Shown: piece after piece, positions 26,623-32,000 of the stretch | Layout of the letters: each line of letters begins with the position of its first letter | Numbering within the stretch: position 1 is the stretch's first letter | Origin: Okeania sp. | Lineage (GTDB): Bacteria; Cyanobacteriota; Cyanobacteriia; Cyanobacteriales; Microcoleaceae | Reading direction: 5' to 3' | Length of the DNA stretch: 32,000 bases | Assembly: GCF_035285525.1 (NCBI RefSeq) | Contig: NZ_JAYKGW010000173.1 | Coordinates: forward strand, 21,817 to 53,816 | Made by a program: the position numbers and the translations under genes | Notes under the pieces: model-generated | Databases searched by the model: none | What the model saw: the letters and a program-made list of their open reading frames with translations, nothing else | Told to the model about the DNA's origin: nothing

Positions 26623-27540
26623 TCAATTATCAATTATCCATTTTTCTAAGTCTGGTATTGTTGCTAAATCAAAAATTTCTTCACCTAAAATATCTAATTT
26701 TTCCAAAGATAATTGCTTAATCTGAGTCTCAATTTCTGGAGGTATTTCTCCAAATTTTCGGCGAACTTGACGTAAGATTTGTTTCACTACTCCAATACCA
26801 ATTCCTTCTTCCCTTCCCATTTCTATCCCTTCGTTTCTGGGGAAACTAATTTGTCCTTGTTTATCTCTCATCAACTTTTCTTGTGGCTCTACTTTCTCTG
26901 ATTCTTTATTGTTTAAGTTGGGTCGATTTGCTATCTTTAATGCTGCTTCTATTTCTGAGACTTCTGCCAATGATTTTGGTATTACTTCTAAATTTGGAGC
27001 CGATTTAATAAAATATATCCATTTATCGCTGAGGGTTTCTAATTCTAATAATTCTTTTTTAAATTTGGGTAATTCTACAAATATTAACCTTAATTCATCT
27101 TCATAATCTAACAATTCTGTCTGTTCTTTAAGTCTGAATTTAGTAATCATTTTATCAATATGCTCAAATAAAACAAAATCGGTGATGGTTAAAACTATAA
27201 AAGGTGGGAACATTGTATAATCTTGTATTGCATCTAATTGATTTCCATAAGCTTTAGCTAAGTTATAAATTTCTGGTTTTTCAAAATCATCTACCTTCAA
27301 TATTTGCATTTTAATAACGATGGTATAACCATTATCTAAAAGTGCTTTAATATCAAAATAAGTGTCTTTCATAGTGTTAGTAACTCCAGGGTTATAGGGG
27401 TTAATGATTTTGAGGGATTGAATAACATTTTGATTGTTATAAACTATGGCATTGAGAAAGCTAATGAGGATTTTTTGACTGTGAACAGAACCAAAGATTT
27501 TTTTAAAGGCAAAGTCGGTTTTGGGACTGATAAATTTCAT
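26623..27540 (-). CDS. Rpn-family recombination-promoting nuclease / putative transposase (PD-(D/E)XK, TIGR01784-like)
   Basis: The 305-aa ORF begins MKFISPKTDFAFKKIFGSVHSQKILISFLNAIV, the characteristic N-terminus of this family. It also has ..DTYFDIKALLDNGYTIVIKMQ.., ..FVELPKFKK..L....DKWIYFIK and a C-terminal GIEMGREEGIGIG segment. The last codons (KWIIDN) are encoded by TTATCAA heptamers. Confidence 0.85.
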   Translation of the reverse strand: MKFISPKTDFAFKKIFGSVHSQKILISFLNAIVYNNQNVIQSLKIINPYNPGVTNTMKDTYFDIKALLDNGYTIVIKMQILKVDDFEKPEIYNLAKAYGNQLDAIQDYTMFPPFIVLTITDFVLFEHIDKMITKFRLKEQTELLDYEDELRLIFVELPKFKKELLELETLSDKWIYFIKSAPNLEVIPKSLAEVSEIEAALKIANRPNLNNKESEKVEPQEKLMRDKQGQISFPRNEGIEMGREEGIGIGVVKQILRQVRRKFGEIPPEIETQIKQLSLEKLDILGEEIFDLATIPDLEKWIIDN

Positions 27541-27761
27541 GATTATATATTTCCTAGAACTTATATGATTTATGATAGACTATAGGTTATAATTTACAGC
27601 AATGAATGAGGATGGTGAGGTACAGTTATTTGCAGTTCAGCCTTCGCCGGCTATAACAACCTGGAAGGTTGTGTTACAAAAAGTAGTGAAAGTTTGTACC
27701 TCACTAACTGCAAAATTGCCGTAATTTTAATCTGGAAATTATTAAAATAAATAATGTTAAA

Positions 27762-28093
27762 ATGGAAACTCTACCAATTAATCTCGATAATAAAACTTTA
27801 AAACAAATTGATGTTTTATCCAAATCAAGAGAATTTGTCTCTTTCTCAAATTGCTAAATTAGTGATCGAATTTTGCTCCCTGCTGCCACCTGCTGTCTGG
27901 TTAAACAGTAACGTTGTTTCGGGTGCAGAAAAAGTTGAGATGGCTAATATTCTCGCCCCAGGCAATTTTGGAAAGTCAGTACCATGAAGCTATAGACAAA
28001 ATTAAACCGCAGTTAGATCGGGAATGGTTAGATTCTTTGGTAACTGAGGACGATATTCTCAATGCTGCGGTTGAGCTAACTGAAAATGACTGA
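27762..28093 (+). pseudogene. Possible decayed small gene (three successive reading frames)
   Basis: METLPINLDNKTLKQIDVLSKSREF.. stops at about 27855. The next frame reads QENLSLSQIAKLVIEFCSLLPPAVWLNSNVVSGAEKVEMANILAPG.. and stops at 27985-27987. The following frame reads QAILESQYHEAIDKIKPQLDREWLDSLVTEDDILNAAVELTEND and stops at 28091-28093. The joined text looks protein-like, but no family is recognised. Confidence 0.2.
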
Positions 28094-28104
28094 GCCAGCC
28101 AGCA

Positions 28105-28347
28105 GTGGACTGTTTCATCTTAAATGGTCCATGGGGTAGGGGCGAGTTTGAGCAGAAATTTTCATCTCTTTCTAGGATTTACATAAACCCGCCCCTGAGA
28201 CGCAGCTAATATCTTATGGGGCGGGTTTATCTAATTTACTTGGAAAACTCGTTAACTCACTTGTGATTTTTCGGGAACCGTAACCCGCCCCTACGGATCC
28301 TGATTCCCTCATGCACATTTTTAGATGAGACAGTCCACTACTGGACT
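28105..28347 (-). mobile_element. MITE family 3 copy B (inverted relative to copy A)
   Basis: GTGGACTGTTTCATCTTAAATGG ... TTTTTAGATGAGACAGTCCAC. The interior GGTAGGGGCGAGTTTGAGCAGAAATTTTCATCTCTTTCTAGGATTTACATAAACCCGCCCCTGAGA is nearly identical to the reverse complement of 26500-26570. It carries an extra GATTTTTCGGGAACCGT insert (a family-1 word) at about 28265-28281. Confidence 0.65.
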
Positions 28348-28435
28348 CTTTCATTATCCATTATCAGCCGATCGCTCTTTTGATTTTATTAGTTATAAAA
28401 ATAATTTAATTAGGGCTTAAGCACGAACGCTATTG

Positions 28436-28570
28436 GTAGGGTGCGTTTTGCGTTCCGCAAAGCTCCGCTTTATATGTCGGCTCAAGCGCCGAAACGCTGC
28501 GCGACATGAAAAGCGCACAACGCACAACGCACGAATACTCTATTATAGTGCCTTTGCGTAAGTCCTATTA
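28436..28570. repeat. Mosaic dispersed repeat (family 2 arm plus the words shared with 25195-25400)
   Basis: GGTAGGGTGCGTTTTGCGTTCCGC..TCGGCTCAAGCGCCGAAACGCTGCGCGACATGAAAAGCGCACAACGCACAACGCAC..TTGCGTAAGTCC. Confidence 0.45.
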
Positions 28571-28889
28571 ATTATAGAGCGATCGCTTTTGGGAAGTTTT
28601 CAACTGCGATGCAGCCCAGAAATTTGTTTCTTAGCGGATGATAAAGATGGCTCTTAATTTAAAATAGCGATTAATTTCAAACAAGTATTTTGCCTAGTTA
28701 TATTCTCCTACTTCTAGCGATTTTTATGATCAGGACTTATGGTATGCAGTCCGGGAATTTATTTCTGGGTAGATGACAAAGATGGCTCGCCAAAGATTAA
28801 AATCCTTGGCTAATAGTTGAAGTCATCTTTCAGATGACTCTTGGGGTTTATACTCTAATTATAGAAACAAGACATTTACTCCCTATTCC

Positions 28890-31613
28890 CTATTTTTTCC
28901 ACACAAAATAAATCAACAAAAATCCCATCGCACCTACCCCCAACAACATACCAGGTTCGGGTAAACTGACATTATCCCACAAATTATTCGGCTCCGTCAA
29001 CACCCCCTTACCATCCTCAACTTGACGCTGAAAACCATCTCCCCCTACTTCCCCACCTTTAAAAGCTTCCCGTTGTTCATCATTAACCAAAACTATCATG
29101 GAAGAATAGGGAGTAACTATATTGTAGGTATTAGCGATCGCCTGCATACCATCCACAGTTGTCAAACCCAAAACCAACTGTTGAGCTGCTATAGGAGCAA
29201 AACTATCATCTTTTTTTGCCTCCAGAAATTTTCTTTCCATAAACCAAGCATACCCGTCTGCTACACTAATAACGGATTTTCCCAACTTTGATTTTGCCGT
29301 TATTTCTGGGAATATCTCACTCAACTTAGTCGCCACACCACCCCCACTTTGTTGAATAAATTTTAAAGTGGCATCATCATAAGCAGGTGGCATCCCCCCC
29401 AAATGCAAGAACCACACGGGAATAGATAATTTCGGCATTTGTTGACTACCATCTGAAAGTTCGTAACCACTTTCATCTGTCACTAATATTACCCGACTGT
29501 AGGGAGTATCCCCCCGTAACTGGAGAAACTGTTTCAGCATTTCTGGATAGGAGAGTCTCCGGAAATATGGAACTTTCTTAGCATCAAACTGACTAATATC
29601 ATCAAAGCGTTCGGGTGGAAAAAGCGCATTAGTCAGATATATGTCAGCATCACTATTAGCAAAACTCAGGTCTCCCAAACCATTTTTCACTAACCAGTCA
29701 ATATTCCGTTGCAGTTGCCAGGTTTTTGCTTTTATGCTATAGGAAGTATCGATAACTATGGCAAACCGTTGACTTTCTGGCAAAAATGTTTCTGGTGTTT
29801 CCAAAGGTTGAGCTGAAATCTGATATCCATTGGGAAAATTTACCTGATGTGGTTGGGGAGTGATATCGTTGACAGCGGTAAGACTGGGTGGCAACCATGT
29901 TTCTCCATCACTTCTGACAGATTTACCGTTGTATATTCGTTTAGTTTTGCGATTCCAAAATATATTGTGTTTTTCTATCAACTGTGGTAAGGCAAAGGTA
30001 TAATTTTCTGCCATGGTTTGATAGGTTAACCACAGGTGCATTTGTGTTGGTTGCTCTGGGTTATTTTGGGGTTGTGTTGCTGTTAGTTTTGGGGGTATGG
30101 GAAATACTCGCAAACGATATTGTCTAGGTCCGACTTTTTCGATGATAGCGGGCTCGACTGGGCGTTCTCTTCTGACTTGAGAGTTATAAACTTTTTGTGC
30201 TGCTCCATGGGGAGAAACTTGAAAGGGAAAACGGGAGGCGCGGTTGTCAGTATCACCTAACCAAATACCTGTAATAACTGCACTTTTTGGGAGGGTAAAA
30301 TAATAGATAATTTCTTGAGGTTGAAAGGTTTGATTTTCATAAATTTCATATAGTTCTATATTTGCCCAATCTCCATTTTCGGCAACTGTAATTTCTTGGT
30401 TTTTCAGCCAGACTTTTTGTTGCCCAATATTTAATAATCCAGCTTGAAATTCATCTAGATTTGCTGTAGATTTAATGGCTTTGAGAATAGCTTTTTGTTC
30501 TCCTTTTTGAATAGGAGTATCGAAAAATTCTCTATAGAGTTTTGCTGCTTTTTCTTGATCTTTATCGTCACCTTGATATAAGAATGGAGAAATGAGATTA
30601 TTAAAGCAATTTTGTAATGTTTGATTAATAGGTTCGGGCAAACCAAGTGTATTTTTGTACATCATCCGAATTTGATTATTTTCGGCAGCGGTACCTAAAT
30701 AACGATATGAGGATAAATAGGCATTAACCAATCCATTTTTAATTAAATCTGAATTAGCTAAAAGTTCTTGGCGATCGCTCTCATCTCTAATTGGTAAATC
30801 TAACATTTGAAAAGTTACAACTTGAGGTTGTTGGTTAAATGAAACTAACAGAATCATCCAAGCAGTCATTAAACCAATAGTTCCTTGAAATGTCCGTTTA
30901 TGCCCATATTGAAAAGCAAACATTCTCAAGATTTTTTGCCCAGAATGAACGTATAAAGTCGCCATTGCTGAAGGCATAAATACAAACAAGGTTCCTGCGA
31001 TTATAAATAAGAATAAAGATAAAAGGATGGAAAATATACCCAGAGGATGATTATTTATTTGATAAATAATTGTTTGAACCCAGTCAAAAGAGAAAAATTC
31101 TCGTAACAAAATTATGGGGAATGGCAGAGCATAAAATAGGAGTAAGATTCCCAGATATAAACCAGTCAAAAACATGAAAATATGAGCAAATAATTGTAAC
31201 CATGCTATGAAGGGATTTTGATGAGCATAACCATAGAAAAGTTCTAGAGCAAATGCGATAATACTAACTAATATTGTACCGAAAATTAAAGAGCTAGCTG
31301 GAGTAAGTTCTCGTAGCACAAATAAACGCAATAAACATAGTAAAAATAAAGGAGCTTCGACACCATAAAATAATCGAATTAATTCTAAAGGTTGTTTCCG
31401 AAAACGCCAGCCTCCAAAAATAGTAGAAAAAGTGGGAATTGCGATTATGCCGATAAAAGTAATCAAAAATTGACTGGGGATTAAACCAGAAAATGTATCC
31501 TCAATTAGAGAATATCCAAAAGTTGGTAATATCCAGAAATAGACAAATCCTAAAAATGCGATATTCCAAATCCAAAATATACCGTAATAGATGCAAAAAT
31601 ATTTATTTTTCAT
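28890..31613 (-). CDS. PEP-CTERM integral membrane protein with a VWA-like domain (TIGR02921-like)
   Basis: 907-aa ORF. The N-terminal ~260 aa hold about 8 TM helices. A MIDAS-like DxSxS sits in AIVIDTSYSIK (nt 29736-29750). The C-terminus VSLPEPGMLLGVGAMGFLLIYFVWKK has PEP, a TM helix and a basic tail, which is the PEP-CTERM/exosortase sorting signal. Confidence 0.7.
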   Translation of the reverse strand: MKNKYFCIYYGIFWIWNIAFLGFVYFWILPTFGYSLIEDTFSGLIPSQFLITFIGIIAIPTFSTIFGGWRFRKQPLELIRLFYGVEAPLFLLCLLRLFVLRELTPASSLIFGTILVSIIAFALELFYGYAHQNPFIAWLQLFAHIFMFLTGLYLGILLLFYALPFPIILLREFFSFDWVQTIIYQINNHPLGIFSILLSLFLFIIAGTLFVFMPSAMATLYVHSGQKILRMFAFQYGHKRTFQGTIGLMTAWMILLVSFNQQPQVVTFQMLDLPIRDESDRQELLANSDLIKNGLVNAYLSSYRYLGTAAENNQIRMMYKNTLGLPEPINQTLQNCFNNLISPFLYQGDDKDQEKAAKLYREFFDTPIQKGEQKAILKAIKSTANLDEFQAGLLNIGQQKVWLKNQEITVAENGDWANIELYEIYENQTFQPQEIIYYFTLPKSAVITGIWLGDTDNRASRFPFQVSPHGAAQKVYNSQVRRERPVEPAIIEKVGPRQYRLRVFPIPPKLTATQPQNNPEQPTQMHLWLTYQTMAENYTFALPQLIEKHNIFWNRKTKRIYNGKSVRSDGETWLPPSLTAVNDITPQPHQVNFPNGYQISAQPLETPETFLPESQRFAIVIDTSYSIKAKTWQLQRNIDWLVKNGLGDLSFANSDADIYLTNALFPPERFDDISQFDAKKVPYFRRLSYPEMLKQFLQLRGDTPYSRVILVTDESGYELSDGSQQMPKLSIPVWFLHLGGMPPAYDDATLKFIQQSGGGVATKLSEIFPEITAKSKLGKSVISVADGYAWFMERKFLEAKKDDSFAPIAAQQLVLGLTTVDGMQAIANTYNIVTPYSSMIVLVNDEQREAFKGGEVGGDGFQRQVEDGKGVLTEPNNLWDNVSLPEPGMLLGVGAMGFLLIYFVWKK

Positions 31614-31730
31614 TAATTATAAGATTCGTTTTTCAAACAGACATCTTGCCTGTGAATAATCAAATGTAACACAGGCATCTTGGCTGTAAATAATCAAAAT
31701 TATAGTGTAATAGTAGGGGCGGGTTTTATC

Positions 31731-32000
31731 TAGAATTTTAATACTTATTCTAAGATTTATATAAACTCGCTCTCATGGAAACTTTTGAACTAGAAAAATA
31801 ATACTTATTCTAAGATTTACATAAACTCCCTCTCATGGAAACTTTTGAACTAGAAAAATAATACTTATTCTAAGATTTACATAAACTTGCTCTCATGGAA
31901 ACTTTTGAACTAGAAAAATAATACTTATTCTAAGATTTACATAAACTCGCTCTCATGGAAACTTTTGAACTAGAAAAATAATACTTATTCTAAGATTTAC
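31731..32000. repeat. 60-bp tandem repeat (minisatellite), at least 4.5 copies, truncated by the window edge
   Basis: Exact 60-nt period. Unit: ATACTTATTCTAAGATTTACATAAACTCGCTCTCATGGAAACTTTTGAACTAGAAAAATA. Copies differ only at unit positions 20 (T/C), 28 (C/T) and 29 (G/C). There are no unique spacers. Confidence 0.97.

Noticed and set aside
26392-28347. Invertible DNA switch: the outer ~25 nt look the same in both copies while the interiors are inverted
   Set aside because: The outer sequences are terminal inverted repeats of the element. Two ordinary copies in opposite orientation fully explain the pattern, so no site-specific inversion needs to be invoked.
1554-30646. Other short antisense ORFs in the track (1554-1757, 5986-6252, 11681-11905, 19794-20039, 23010-23201, 24603-24797, 25635-25937, 26909-27106, 29022-29291, 30455-30646)
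   Set aside because: Each lies wholly inside a longer, motif-supported CDS on the opposite strand and has low-complexity or hydrophobic nonsense translations.
31731-32000. CRISPR array, or an NsiR1-like tandem sRNA array
   Set aside because: The whole 60-nt unit repeats with no unique spacers, so it is not CRISPR. Units lack a recognisable promoter or terminator hairpin per copy, so I do not claim an sRNA array.

Overview
AT-rich cyanobacterial DNA, most likely a filamentous Nostocales-type chromosome. Supporting signs are about ten HIP1 palindromes GCGATCGC (e.g. 4983, 11753, 23633, 30771), many heptamer/octamer STRR tandem repeats, and at least five families of dispersed MITE-like repeats that fill most intergenic space. 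No tRNA, rRNA or CRISPR array was found. Recognisable housekeeping genes are a CCA-adding enzyme, ycf34, tsaB, a PreP-like M16 protease, a BicA-like SulP/STAS transporter, a MAPEG protein, a DUF1499 protein, an MscS-like channel, a sulfotransferase and a large PEP-CTERM/VWA membrane protein. The main accessory region is about 2.0-8.9 kb. It holds a CyRepA1-type plasmid replicase (Toprim plus P-loop), then a tight two-gene operon, then a frameshifted Uma2 endonuclease gene. The operon pairs a ParB-fold DGxQR protein (5903-7096) with a protein carrying a C-terminal Rx4H HEPN-like motif (7104-8192), and is my best candidate for an uncharacterised defence or abortive-infection system. Other points of interest: an internally deleted relic of a tandem MscS paralogue; one intact and one decayed Rpn-type nuclease gene; two oppositely oriented MITE copies bracketing the intact Rpn gene; and a perfect-period 60-bp minisatellite at the right edge that appears derived from the core of that MITE. 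All functional calls come from motif-level reading of the translations. No database search was possible.
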